64,000 nucleotides of DNA from an uncultured Chloroflexia bacterium (GCA_963739515.1 CAVUAO010000002.1:156880-220879), one strand, 5' to 3'. Counted from the first letter of the stretch, positions 48,167 to 57,577 are shown. The notes: a model not told the origin generated them from the sequence alone. Made by a program: numbers and translations.

Positions 48167-49600
48167 ATGTCTGAACACTATCCCCTTATCCAAGAGATAC
48201 ACATGGCGCCGGAGGCCCCCTGGTGTTTTGAGTCCTTCGCCCCGAGGCCTGACAGCTTCTGGCTGGACAGCGGCATGGACGCGCCGAAGTTGGGGCGGTA
48301 TTCCTTCATGGGCAGCGACCCCTTCCTCGTGATGAGAAGCCGGGGAGATGAAATAACGTTAATAAAAGAAGGGCTGGAGGAGAAACGGCGGGGCAACCCT
48401 TTCGACGTTCTGGGCGAACTGCTGGAGAAATATAAAATAGACGGTGGCGAAAAAATAATCCCATTTATCGGCGGGGTGGTGGGGTATCTCAGCTATGACC
48501 TGGGCCACTTTATCGAGCGATTGCCGGATAAAGCCGTTGACGACCTGAATCTGCCCGAATGTTGCCTGGGTTTTTACGATGCCCTCGTTGCCTTCGACCA
48601 CCTGGAAAATAAAACGTACTTGGTGTCTACCGGATTTCCCGAGGCGGGCGGTGAAAAAAGGCGGCGTCGGGCGGATGCGAGGCTGAACGAGCTTAGGAAT
48701 ATGGTCTTGCTATCGCCGCCTCCGCCCATGAATAAAGAGTCTACTTTGGAACAGGGAATCAGCCTTAAAGCCAATTTCTCTTATGAAGGATACCTGGGGG
48801 CGGTGGCTAAAGCCCGGGAATATATCGGGGCGGGCGATATCTTCCAGGTGAACCTTTCGCAAAGGTTCGAGGCGGACTTAAATATCCCGTCGTATGAGCT
48901 TTATAAACGCCTTCGTAAGATAAATCCGGCGCCGTTCGCCGGCTATTTCAACTTCGAAGGAGTGACCATCGTGGGGGCTTCGCCGGAGAGGTATCTGAAA
49001 CTTAAGGGCGACATGGTAGAGACGCGGCCTATTAAAGGCACCAAACCGCGCGGGGCAACCCCCGAGGAAGATAAAGCCCTAGCCAACGCTTTGCTGGCGA
49101 GCCGGAAAGACCGCGCGGAAAACATTATGATTGTTGACCTCGAGCGTAACGATATCGGAAGGGTGTGCCGCTACGGCACGGTCAGGGTCACCGAGCTGGC
49201 GATACTGGAGACTTACCCCACCGTTTTTCACCTGACCTCCACCGTGACGGGGCAATTGAGAGAGGGAAAGAATTGTATCGACCTGCTGCAAGCGACCTTT
49301 CCCGGCGGCTCGATCACTGGCGCGCCCAAGGTACGGGCGATGGAGATCATCGACGAGCTGGAACCGACCCGCCGCAGCGTTTATACGGGGTCGATGGGCT
49401 ACTTGGGCTTTAACGGGGACATGGACCTGAATATCGTCATCCGGACGTTTATCGTCAAAAATGGGCGGGCCTATTTCCAGGTGGGCGGGGCGATCGTTTA
49501 CGACTCCGACCCCGAGTCGGAATATCAAGAAACGCTGGATAAAGGCAGGGCGCTGATGCAGGCATTGGGGTTGACAGAAAACGCGGAGATAAAGCTTTGA
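48167..49600 (+). CDS. pabB: Aminodeoxychorismate synthase component I
   Basis: WLDSG, GDIFQVNL, SPE..L, RPIKGT (PabB-type), MIVDLERND, PGGSITGAPK. Confidence 0.9.
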   Translation: MSEHYPLIQEIHMAPEAPWCFESFAPRPDSFWLDSGMDAPKLGRYSFMGSDPFLVMRSRGDEITLIKEGLEEKRRGNPFDVLGELLEKYKIDGGEKIIPFIGGVVGYLSYDLGHFIERLPDKAVDDLNLPECCLGFYDALVAFDHLENKTYLVSTGFPEAGGEKRRRRADARLNELRNMVLLSPPPPMNKESTLEQGISLKANFSYEGYLGAVAKAREYIGAGDIFQVNLSQRFEADLNIPSYELYKRLRKINPAPFAGYFNFEGVTIVGASPERYLKLKGDMVETRPIKGTKPRGATPEEDKALANALLASRKDRAENIMIVDLERNDIGRVCRYGTVRVTELAILETYPTVFHLTSTVTGQLREGKNCIDLLQATFPGGSITGAPKVRAMEIIDELEPTRRSVYTGSMGYLGFNGDMDLNIVIRTFIVKNGRAYFQVGGAIVYDSDPESEYQETLDKGRALMQALGLTENAEIKL

Positions 49601-50169
49601 TACTGGTCATCGATAACTACGACTCTTTTACCTATAATCTGGTTCAGTTCCTCGGGGAGCTGGGAGCGGCGCCGGCGGCCTGCCGCAACGACGCTATCAC
49701 CATCGAGCAGATTGAAAGGCTGGCGCCGAGCCATCTCGTGATATCGCCCGGACCGTGCACGCCGCTGGAGGCGGGCATTTCCAACGACGTCATCCGGCAT
49801 TTCCGGGGCAAAATCCCCATCCTGGGGGTCTGTCTGGGCCACCAGTGCATCGGCTACGTCTACGGGGGGCTGATAAAGCGGGCGGACTTGCCCATGCACG
49901 GCAAGGAGTCGCTGGTCTTTCACGATGGCCAGACGATTTTCCAGGGGGTGGAATCGCCGCTGACGGGCGGGAGATATCACTCCCTCGTTATCGACCCCGC
50001 CTCGGTGCCGGCGTCGCTCGAGATATCCGCGAAAACCGAGGACGGCGTTATCATGGGAGTCAGAAATCGGCAGGATTGCGTGGAAGGGGTGCAATTTCAC
50101 CCTGAGTCCATCATGACGCCGGATGGGCATCATCTGCTGGAAAATTTCCTGCGTTTAAAGGTAAAATAG
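49597..50169 (+). CDS. pabA: Glutamine amidotransferase component II (PabA/TrpG)
   Basis: IDNYDSFTYN, SPGP, GVCLGHQ, RYHSL, QFHPES. Confidence 0.9.
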   Translation: MILVIDNYDSFTYNLVQFLGELGAAPAACRNDAITIEQIERLAPSHLVISPGPCTPLEAGISNDVIRHFRGKIPILGVCLGHQCIGYVYGGLIKRADLPMHGKESLVFHDGQTIFQGVESPLTGGRYHSLVIDPASVPASLEISAKTEDGVIMGVRNRQDCVEGVQFHPESIMTPDGHHLLENFLRLKVK

Positions 50170-50205
50170 GTAGTCTATATTTACCGTAGTCAAGGATTAA
50201 AGCAC

Positions 50206-50334
50206 TTGACATAAATTAAAAAACGAATACCGGAAATTTGAAGCTGATTTTACATAAATCGAAAAACGAATATTAGCTACAAAATTCCCGTCATCAGCTT
50301 TAAAAAAATAAAAAAGTTTTTTAAAAAACGAATC
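50206..50334. repeat. AT-rich dispersed element with three AAAAACGAAT direct repeats, copy 2
   Basis: AAAAACGAAT at 50219, 50262 and 50324; shares TGAAGCTGATTT-ACATAA and TAGCTAC with copy 1. Confidence 0.8.
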
Positions 50335-50376
50335 ATTTTTTTTATTTGTTTGTATCTTGGTTATTAAGGGAGTGTC

Positions 50377-51255
50377 ATGACTGAAATCGTCTATCTCAAC
50401 GGTTCGTTGGTGACGCCATCGGAAGCCCGCATCTCCGTCTTCGACCATGCTTTCCTTTACGGGTACGGACTGTACGAGACGATGCGCGCCTATCACGGGA
50501 AGATCTTTCTCCTCGAACGGCATATCCGGCGGATGCTGAAATCGGCGGAAATCATCGGGCTGGGGCAAAAACTGGCGGGAATCGACCTCCCTAAAGCCTG
50601 CTCCGACACGCTGGCTGCTAACGGACTTCAGGAAGCCCGTATCCGGCTTACCGTTTCCAACGGCGCGTCCGACCATGCTCCGTGGTTGGAAGCGGGCGGC
50701 GCGCCCACCATCGTGGTGACTGCCCGGCCCTATGCGCCTTTTTCCCCGGAAAAGTACCGCGAGGGTTTCAAGATTGGCATCGCCTCGGTGCGGCGCTGCC
50801 GGCAATCCGTGGTCGCCACCATGAAATCGGTCAATTCTCTCGCCAGTGTCATGGCGAGGATGGAAGCCGCGGCGCAGGGATTGGATGAGGCGCTGCTCCT
50901 CAACGATGACGGGTATCTCGCCGAAGGCGGCGGATGCAATGTCTTTTTCGTTAAGTCGTCCAGGCTGGTAACGCCTTCTCTCGATAACGGCATCCTGCCG
51001 GGTGTCACCCGCGAGGTTATCATGGAACTGGCGGATAGCCTGAAAATAGTGACGACTGAGGGGACGGTGGGCATAGGGGTAATCAAGAAATGCGACGAGG
51101 CTTTCGTGACCAACGCCATGATAGAGGTGATGCCGGTAACGTCGGTAAGAGACCAGAGCGGACGGGTAACGACCATCGGGGCGGGGAAGCCGGGCAAAAT
51201 AACGATGCGATTAATGGAAGCATATAAGGAGAGGGTGGAGAGAGAAATCCGATAG
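50377..51255 (+). CDS. Class IV aminotransferase, probable aminodeoxychorismate lyase (PabC-like)
   Basis: DHAFLYGYGLYETM, EG..NVF, GILPGVTR; follows pabB-pabA. Confidence 0.8.
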   Translation: MTEIVYLNGSLVTPSEARISVFDHAFLYGYGLYETMRAYHGKIFLLERHIRRMLKSAEIIGLGQKLAGIDLPKACSDTLAANGLQEARIRLTVSNGASDHAPWLEAGGAPTIVVTARPYAPFSPEKYREGFKIGIASVRRCRQSVVATMKSVNSLASVMARMEAAAQGLDEALLLNDDGYLAEGGGCNVFFVKSSRLVTPSLDNGILPGVTREVIMELADSLKIVTTEGTVGIGVIKKCDEAFVTNAMIEVMPVTSVRDQSGRVTTIGAGKPGKITMRLMEAYKERVEREIR

Positions 51256-51271
51256 GGGTTGTATTAGAACA

Positions 51272-51302
51272 GGGTGGTTAAGAGGGGCGTCAGCCCCTCT
51301 TT
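51272..51302. repeat. Partial family A hairpin between convergent genes
   Basis: AAGAGGGGC-GTCA-GCCCCTCTT. Confidence 0.75.
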
Positions 51303-51306
51303 TATA

Positions 51307-51633
51307 TTACCAGAACTCCGTCTGTGAAATGTGCTCGGTATCTTTTATGACCTTCCGGATAGCGTCGCGGGCTTTTTCATCGGCCACCGGCTCGACTTCC
51401 GAGATAGGAACGCCTTCTTTATTTTTCTCCGTCTGCCACCTGACGACGTAGCCCGGTACCAGGGCGCTGTTAAAGTCCGACGCGCCGCAGCAGGACGACT
51501 CTATGACCGCCTGGCTGAGGATATAAAGGACATCCCTTCCGCCGTATTTCAGCCTCACCTCTTTCTGGGGGGTGTAATAGCCGGAGGGGGCGGGGACGTC
51601 CCGGTTTAGTTCCAGATGAGCGTACTTCGTCAT
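51307..51633 (-). CDS. Hypothetical protein with an SSCCG motif, translationally coupled to argC
   Basis: 108 aa; ATGA overlap with the argC stop. Confidence 0.7.
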   Translation of the reverse strand: MTKYAHLELNRDVPAPSGYYTPQKEVRLKYGGRDVLYILSQAVIESSCCGASDFNSALVPGYVVRWQTEKNKEGVPISEVEPVADEKARDAIRKVIKDTEHISQTEFW

Positions 51634-52577
51634 ACCAGCCCGGTGCTCTCCTCGATACCCAGCATGATGTTCATATTCTGCACGGCCCCGCCGGAGGCTC
51701 CCTTGCCCAGGTTGTCATACCGAGCGGAAACCAGGATTCTGTCCTTGCCGCCGAAGACGAATATCTCGAGGTTATTCGTCCCGTTGCAGTCGGTAAAGGT
51801 CAAAAAGCCGTTTTTCAGGTGAGCGTCAGCCGGGTAGGGCATTACTTTAACAAACCGCTCCCCGGCATAATATTCCGCCAGCGTTTCTCTTACCTCCGCC
51901 GCGTCTATCGGCTTACTCAGGCATTCCGGCACCAGCGGGACGGAGATGATTTCGCCATTGTAAACATTGAACACCGTCGGCGCAAAAACGGGCGGACGGG
52001 CCAGCCCGGCGTATTTGGTCATCTCCGGGACATGCTTGTGGTTCAGAGCGAGGGCGTAGGGGCGGGGATTTTTGATTGAGTCGGGCGCGCCCGGGGTCTC
52101 GTATTCGGCAATCATGGCCCGACCGCCCCCGCTGTAACCGGCCAGGGCATGGCAGGTAAACGGATAGTCCGCCGCGACGATGCCCCGGGCGACCAGAGGG
52201 TAAACCATCAGGATAAATCCGGTGGCGTGGCAGCCGGGGACCGTCACTCGCTTCGACTTTTTAATCAAAGCCCGCTGCTCTTTCTTAAGCTCGGGGAGGC
52301 CATAGACCCAGCCATCGGCGACGCGGTGAGCCGTCGAACCATCGATGACGCGGACGGCGTTATTGGTTATCAGGCTTACCGATTCGCGGGCGGCGTCGTC
52401 CGGGAGGCAGAGAAAAACGATATCCGCCTCGTTTATCAGCTTTTTCCGGGCCTGCGGGTCTTTGCGTTTATCTTCCGTTATCTCGATGACCTCGATATCG
52501 TTTCTGCCGCTCAAGCGCTCGCGGATTTTTAAACCGGTGGTGCCGTGTTGACCGTCAACAAATACTGTTTTCTTCAT
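51630..52577 (-). CDS. argC: N-acetyl-gamma-glutamyl-phosphate reductase (type 2)
   Basis: VFVDGQHGTTGL, FLCLPD, STAHR, PGCHATG, GYSGGG, DNLGKGASG. Confidence 0.95.
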   Translation of the reverse strand: MKKTVFVDGQHGTTGLKIRERLSGRNDIEVIEITEDKRKDPQARKKLINEADIVFLCLPDDAARESVSLITNNAVRVIDGSTAHRVADGWVYGLPELKKEQRALIKKSKRVTVPGCHATGFILMVYPLVARGIVAADYPFTCHALAGYSGGGRAMIAEYETPGAPDSIKNPRPYALALNHKHVPEMTKYAGLARPPVFAPTVFNVYNGEIISVPLVPECLSKPIDAAEVRETLAEYYAGERFVKVMPYPADAHLKNGFLTFTDCNGTNNLEIFVFGGKDRILVSARYDNLGKGASGGAVQNMNIMLGIEESTGLV

Positions 52578-52811
52578 GTTGAAATCCCTGATATCCCTGT
52601 ATCAGTTTACCTATAAAAGTATAGCACAAGAGCGGGTTGGATGAATACGGGTGATTAAAGCCAAGGAGCAGCTATCTGCCCGGACTACGTTTTGAGCGTA
52701 AAAATCGTTAATTTGTGACTATAAAAACCGGTTTTATTCGTGGACGAGACTTGACACGAGCGGAACAATGGTATATCGTAATTATCAAATAGCTTCAAGG
52801 AAGGAGGAATC

Positions 52812-52952
52812 ATGCAAGCTTATTGCGTCAAATGCCGCTCCAAGAAAGATATGGCCAGTGCTAAATCCATCACCATGAAGAACGGCAAACCGGCGACGCA
52901 GGGTGTTTGCCCGTCCTGCGGCACCAAGATGTTCAGAATCGGCAAGAAATAG
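52812..52952 (+). CDS. 46-aa basic zinc-ribbon protein (DUF5679-like); not in the ORF track
   Basis: MQAYCVKCRSKKDMASAKSITMKNGKPATQGVCPSCGTKMFRIGKK; AAGGAGG RBS; TTGACA at 52751; terminator downstream. Confidence 0.88.
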   Translation: MQAYCVKCRSKKDMASAKSITMKNGKPATQGVCPSCGTKMFRIGKK

Positions 52953-52979
52953 CCGATAGCCTAATGGATTGTAATAGTG

Positions 52980-53016
52980 AGGCTGGATATTTCCGCTAAG
53001 GAGTATCCAGCCTTTT
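52980..53016 (+). terminator. Intrinsic terminator
   Basis: AGGCTGGATATTTCC-GCTAA-GGAGTATCCAGCCT-TTT. Confidence 0.8.
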
Positions 53017-53036
53017 ACTATATATATAGGTTTAAT

Positions 53037-54317
53037 TTAAGCGGAAGATCCGGTTACGTACTGCTGGACGAGGTCGCCGCTGCCGACCACGTTAAGTTTA
53101 CGGAAGATTAAAGAGAAACGGTCCTGGAGCTCCTCCATAATTTCATTCAAAGCGGGCTCAGGTATGTTCCATAGCTCTCTCTTGAAATCGCCGAAGGCCC
53201 TCTTGCGTGTTTTATAGAGGAACTGCTCTTCCGTTTCTCCGGTCTTTCTCTCTTGGGCATATTGAGAATCCAGGTGGCGGTTCAAAGCGGCGAGCAGCTC
53301 GGGGGGAAAGTGGGGGCTGTCGTAAACGATGTTCTGGAAGCCGGTGGCCAGGTGCACCTCCACCGTGTCCACTTTCGGGAACATATCGAAGGCTTCATCG
53401 GGCAGGGTAGAAGCGCCGTGCTGTACCGCCCCGCCCATGCCGTATTCCGCCCGGGCCGTCCGGGATAGCTCTTTAAGGGTATTGAAATCGATACTGACGC
53501 GGGCAATCGAACCGTCCGGGAGGACGACGCCGCCGTGGGTCGTGCCGGTCTGGACGCTTATTTTGGAAATCCCTTGAAGTTTGCCGATGTGGTGGCGATA
53601 GCCGCTCATGAACGCCTTGAGGTCGCCCGGGGTGCTGTTGCCCTGGCCGATTTCGCCAATCTCCCCGCCGATAGATATCGTCACGCCGGGCGGCTGAATG
53701 CCCCGTATGAATAGGGTCAGCTCCGCCGTCACCTGCGAGTTCTTCGCCTGCTGTATCGATAGGTTCGGGCGGGAAATATCAACGAGCGTTGAGGCGTCAA
53801 TATCGATATTATAGAAACCGGCTTGGATGGCGTCCCGTATCAATGCCTTGAGGTCGTTCAACTCTTTTTCCGGGTTTTCGCGGTACACGGCGCGCCGGAC
53901 CTGGAAATGGTCGCCCTGGATAAAGACCGGCCCCTTAAAGCCTTCCCTGATGGCGGCTGCCAGGACGCAGGCGGCGTATTCCCCTGGGCTCTGGCGGGTG
54001 TATTCTATCTCCGAGCGGGCAATTTCAAAGATAAACGCGCCGACATCGTCTTTCATCGCCCCGCGGAAGACCGCCCGGGCGACCGGATACGTGATGCCGC
54101 GGATGTTGATGGCCGGCACCGTGATGCCGTGATAAGCGTCCCGGCCGGCGGCTTCGTAAAGCCCCTGGATGCTGGCTGGTTTTATGCCGTAGGCGGCTGC
54201 CATCTCCCGGATGATGCGCTGGTGCTCGTCTCTGGTCTGGGGATTCTCACCGAAGATAGCCAGCCCGACCAGGAAATCGATATTGTGCCGGTCTTCCGAT
54301 TTATCACTTTTTGGCAC
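53037..54317 (-). CDS. Class II fructose-bisphosphate aldolase-like protein (long form)
   Basis: VPAINIR, QGDH, DIDAS, GEIGEIG, GTTHGG, VQHGAS; likely GTG at 54317 after GGAGGT. Confidence 0.85.
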   Translation of the reverse strand: MPKSDKSEDRHNIDFLVGLAIFGENPQTRDEHQRIIREMAAAYGIKPASIQGLYEAAGRDAYHGITVPAINIRGITYPVARAVFRGAMKDDVGAFIFEIARSEIEYTRQSPGEYAACVLAAAIREGFKGPVFIQGDHFQVRRAVYRENPEKELNDLKALIRDAIQAGFYNIDIDASTLVDISRPNLSIQQAKNSQVTAELTLFIRGIQPPGVTISIGGEIGEIGQGNSTPGDLKAFMSGYRHHIGKLQGISKISVQTGTTHGGVVLPDGSIARVSIDFNTLKELSRTARAEYGMGGAVQHGASTLPDEAFDMFPKVDTVEVHLATGFQNIVYDSPHFPPELLAALNRHLDSQYAQERKTGETEEQFLYKTRKRAFGDFKRELWNIPEPALNEIMEELQDRFSLIFRKLNVVGSGDLVQQYVTGSSA

Positions 54318-55428
54318 TGTATAAAATCGACCTCCGTCCGTTATACCTGTCTGTGTCGTACTGGGTGGGAACATCGACTAGGGAAAGCCGACCGTATATT
54401 TTTTCCAGCGGGACGTGGGAAATTTTGCCGTTTTTATAACAGACCATGTTGCCGTATTTTTCCCTTACCACAAGGTCGACGGCGGCAATCCCGAAATATC
54501 TTCCCATCCGCCGGTCGTAAGCGCAGGGAGCGCCGCCGCGCTGCAGATGGCTCAGGACGACGCTGCGTGTCTCCAGCTCCGTGCTTTTTTCGATTTCTTT
54601 AGCAATAACCTCACCGATGCCCCCGAGGGCTTTATGTCCGAAGCTGTCCGCCCCCTTTTTCTTCACGGTCTCGCTGCCGCCAGCCGGTTTAGCCCCCTCG
54701 GCGGTAATGATAATTTCGTACCGCGTGCCGGACCGGCGGCCTTCCGTGACCAGCTCGTTTACGCGGTCGATAGAGAAATCGTGTTCGGGAATCAGGATAA
54801 TATAGGCGCCGCAGGCCTCGCCGCCTTCCAGTGCCAGCCAGCCGGCGGTGCGTCCCATCGTCTCGACGACGAAGATTCTTTTGTGCGAGCCGGCGGTCGT
54901 CCGCAGGCGGTCGACCTCTTCCACGATAACGTTCAGCGCGGTCTCGTAACCCAGGGTGTAGTCGGTCTCGGGGAGGTCTTTATCGATGGTTTTGGGGATG
55001 CCGATGACGTTAGCGCCTTCCCGGGCCAGGCGAGTGGCGATAGCCAGCGTGCCGTCGCCGCCGAGGGCGATCACGGCCCCCAGCCCCAGCCTTTCGATGT
55101 TCTGGATAACGAGTTTTGAACACTCATTCTTGGGGTCGTAAGGGCTGAAGCGCGAAGTTCCCAGCATCGTGCCGCCGTACCTGTCCCAGGTCCTGACGAT
55201 ATCCGGGTTCAAGGGGATGATATGCCCGGCCGTGTCCCAGGTGGCGGGGTCGACGTCCGTTAAACCTTTCCAGCCGTCACGGATGCCGAAGACTTCGTAG
55301 CGGACGCCCCTCTCCCACTCAAGCCGTTCGTCCATGGCGGTCTTGACCACCCATTTCATAGCGGGGTTCAGACCGGCGCAATCCCCGCCGCCGGTGAGTA
55401 CCCCGATGCGGATTTTCTTCATACTCAT
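54304..55428 (-). CDS. pfkA: 6-phosphofructokinase
   Basis: GVLTGGGD..GLN, GGTMLGTSR, GGDGT, PKTID, ETMGR, LSHLQRGG. Confidence 0.93.
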   Translation of the reverse strand: MSMKKIRIGVLTGGGDCAGLNPAMKWVVKTAMDERLEWERGVRYEVFGIRDGWKGLTDVDPATWDTAGHIIPLNPDIVRTWDRYGGTMLGTSRFSPYDPKNECSKLVIQNIERLGLGAVIALGGDGTLAIATRLAREGANVIGIPKTIDKDLPETDYTLGYETALNVIVEEVDRLRTTAGSHKRIFVVETMGRTAGWLALEGGEACGAYIILIPEHDFSIDRVNELVTEGRRSGTRYEIIITAEGAKPAGGSETVKKKGADSFGHKALGGIGEVIAKEIEKSTELETRSVVLSHLQRGGAPCAYDRRMGRYFGIAAVDLVVREKYGNMVCYKNGKISHVPLEKIYGRLSLVDVPTQYDTDRYNGRRSILYSAKK

Positions 55429-55500
55429 TATATTAAGATTATAGGGTTAGTGCGTGGCAGTGTCAAAAGGTCATGGCGGTTTTTTCTTAAGAAATTTTGC

Positions 55501-55529
55501 TGGACATATCCTGAAAAAGGGAGTAAAAT
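55501..55529 (+). promoter_or_regulatory. sigma70-type promoter
   Basis: TGGACA-17 bp-TAAAAT. Confidence 0.6.
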
Positions 55530-55589
55530 CAATATGCTATGAATGGGTTGGGAAAAGTAACACACGATTTTCCAGGGAGGCAAAAATAG

Positions 55590-55625
55590 GAGCACCTGGC
55601 TCGGGCGAGCAGGTGCTCTTTAATT
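55590..55625 (+). terminator. Terminator-like hairpin within the 5' leader (possible attenuator)
   Basis: GAGCACCT-G-GCTC-GGGC-GAGC-AGGTGCTC-TTTAATT, lying between the promoter and the RBS. Confidence 0.6.
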
Positions 55626-55638
55626 AAGGGAGGTAACG

Positions 55639-55905
55639 ATGATGATGCAGTCCAGTCTAATCGGGAAAATCGAAAAAGCCAAGCGGTACGCGCAGGAAAA
55701 AGACCGGGTTACCTTCTACGAACTGGCGGTCAAGTTTCGCGGCGAAAACAGCGATTATAATACCAGCTATAAAGACGGCAAATGGCACTGCACCTGCAGT
55801 TTCTTCTCCAACTGGGGACTGTGCAGCCATACGATGGCCATGGAAAAAATCCTGGCGGACATGCTTCCTTCGGAAGCGCTCACGAATCCCGAGGCCGTGG
55901 GTTAG
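55639..55905 (+). CDS. Small SWIM-type zinc finger protein
   Basis: WHCTCSFF....LCSH (CxC...CxH); GGGAGG RBS. Confidence 0.8.
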   Translation: MMMQSSLIGKIEKAKRYAQEKDRVTFYELAVKFRGENSDYNTSYKDGKWHCTCSFFSNWGLCSHTMAMEKILADMLPSEALTNPEAVG

Positions 55906-55932
55906 TTAACGGTCACGGATTCTGGGATAGGG

Positions 55933-56751
55933 ATGAATTTCCTCGAAAAGCTGGCAAAGGCCAGCCGGAAAAATAGCAGCCTGCTCTGCGTGGGGCTGGA
56001 CCCCGACCCGGCCCTGATCCCGGCAGGCGTTGATATCCTTGATTTCAATAAAGCGATTATCGGTGCCACGGCGGACCTGGTCTGCGCCTATAAGCCGAAC
56101 ATCGCCTTCTACGAGGCGCTGGGGAGCGCCGGACCCGACGTTCTGAAACGTACGAGAGATTATATACCTGGTGATATCCCGGTCATCATCGATGCCAAGC
56201 GCGGCGATATCGGGAACACCGCCAGGGCTTATGCCAAAAGCCTTTTCGATTACTATGGGTGCGATGCCGCCACGGTCAATCCCTACCTGGGATACGATGC
56301 CTTGGAGCCGTTTATTGAATACCGCGACCGCGGTATTTTTGTTCTGTGCCGGACTTCCAATAAAGGCGCCGTCGATTTTCAATCGCTGACAATAGAGACG
56401 GACGGCGGTCCCAGTATGCTTTTCGAGGTGGTGGCGGCAAAGGTGAATGAGTGGAATAAATACGGCAACCTGGGACTGGTGGTGGGGGCAACTTACCCCG
56501 ATGAGTTAATGAAGATTCGGCAGAGTTATCCGGAAATGCCGCTGTTGATACCCGGGGTGGGGGCGCAGGGAGGGGAACTGGCGCAGGTAGTAAGCTATGG
56601 GGCGGACGCCGGCAGGCAGAGGACGATTATCAATTCCTCGCGGCAGATAATATACGCTTCCAAAGGCAGGGATTTTGCCAGGGCCGCCGGGCACGCCGCC
56701 AAAGAGTTAAGAGATAAGATCAACGAGTACCTGGCAAATCCTATCGGGTGA
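55933..56751 (+). CDS. pyrF: Orotidine-5'-phosphate decarboxylase (subfamily 2)
   Basis: LCVGLDP, YKPNIAFYE, DAKRGDIGNT, VVGAT, PGVGAQGG, NSSR. Confidence 0.96.
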   Translation: MNFLEKLAKASRKNSSLLCVGLDPDPALIPAGVDILDFNKAIIGATADLVCAYKPNIAFYEALGSAGPDVLKRTRDYIPGDIPVIIDAKRGDIGNTARAYAKSLFDYYGCDAATVNPYLGYDALEPFIEYRDRGIFVLCRTSNKGAVDFQSLTIETDGGPSMLFEVVAAKVNEWNKYGNLGLVVGATYPDELMKIRQSYPEMPLLIPGVGAQGGELAQVVSYGADAGRQRTIINSSRQIIYASKGRDFARAAGHAAKELRDKINEYLANPIG

Positions 56752-56752
56752 G

Positions 56753-56953
56753 TTGGTGGGAAAGGTGCCGGAGATAAAGCTCGGCGACGTGGTCAGGCTC
56801 AGCAAAGTCCACCCCTGCGGCAGTGATGAGTGGGAGGTGGTGAGGGTTGGGGCGGATATCGGCATCAAATGCCTTAAGTGCGGTCGGCGCGTGCTCCTGG
56901 CGAGAAGCACCTTCGAGAGAAGAGTCAAGAAATACGTCGAGCGGGGGGAATGA
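56753..56953 (+). CDS. DUF951 family protein
   Basis: GDVV.L.K.HPCGS..W...RVGADI..KC..CGR. Confidence 0.9.
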   Translation: MVGKVPEIKLGDVVRLSKVHPCGSDEWEVVRVGADIGIKCLKCGRRVLLARSTFERRVKKYVERGE

Positions 56954-56962
56954 TGGACTGGT

Positions 56963-57382
56963 TTATCCCGAAGCGACGCTTTGCTTAGCCGTTTGAGGTT
57001 GTTTCCCGTTTTGACGCAGGACTGCCGCGATCGTCCGGGTTAGCGTGTTGGAGCTTAAAGGTTTCGTCAGGTACCTGGCGGCGCCCATACGCAGGGTTTT
57101 CTTACGCTGGTTGGACTCGGCGATGGCGGTGAGGACGATAACCGGTATGGCTAAGGATTCCTGGTGACGTTTGATCTCCCGCAGTACCTCCCAGCCGTCC
57201 ATGCCCGGCAGGCGCAAATCCAGGAGCACTAAGGATACGGGGTTCTCACTGAGTAAATTCAGTCCCGTGGCGCCATCGCCGGCTTTAAGTACTTGATAAC
57301 CTTCCAGTTCCAGCACGCGCGCCACAAAGTGCTGAATATCAGCTTCGTCTTCAATCACCAGTATGGTTTTTGCTTTGCTCAT
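56963..57382 (-). CDS. Single-domain response regulator (CheY-like)
   Basis: ILVIED, LLDLRLPGMDG, IVLTA, YLTKP. Confidence 0.9.
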   Translation of the reverse strand: MSKAKTILVIEDEADIQHFVARVLELEGYQVLKAGDGATGLNLLSENPVSLVLLDLRLPGMDGWEVLREIKRHQESLAIPVIVLTAIAESNQRKKTLRMGAARYLTKPLSSNTLTRTIAAVLRQNGKQPQTAKQSVASG

Positions 57383-57577
57383 GATAACCTGTCATTCATC
57401 CCGATTCCTTCGCCTCAATAATACTATTGTACATATAAAGTGTCAATACTGTGCCAAATGACACATTTAACAGCTTATGGTTTTACTAGTTTTTAGTCAA
57501 TCCTTGTCAATATATAAAGCATCGTGATATGCTATGATGAAAAGGGGACGGGCGGTGGAGGATAAGGTCGCCAGCCT

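Noticed and set aside
57441..57457. Sigma-54 promoter (TTGGCAC on the minus strand)
   Set aside because: There is no TTGC at the required -12 spacing; a sigma70 promoter fits better.
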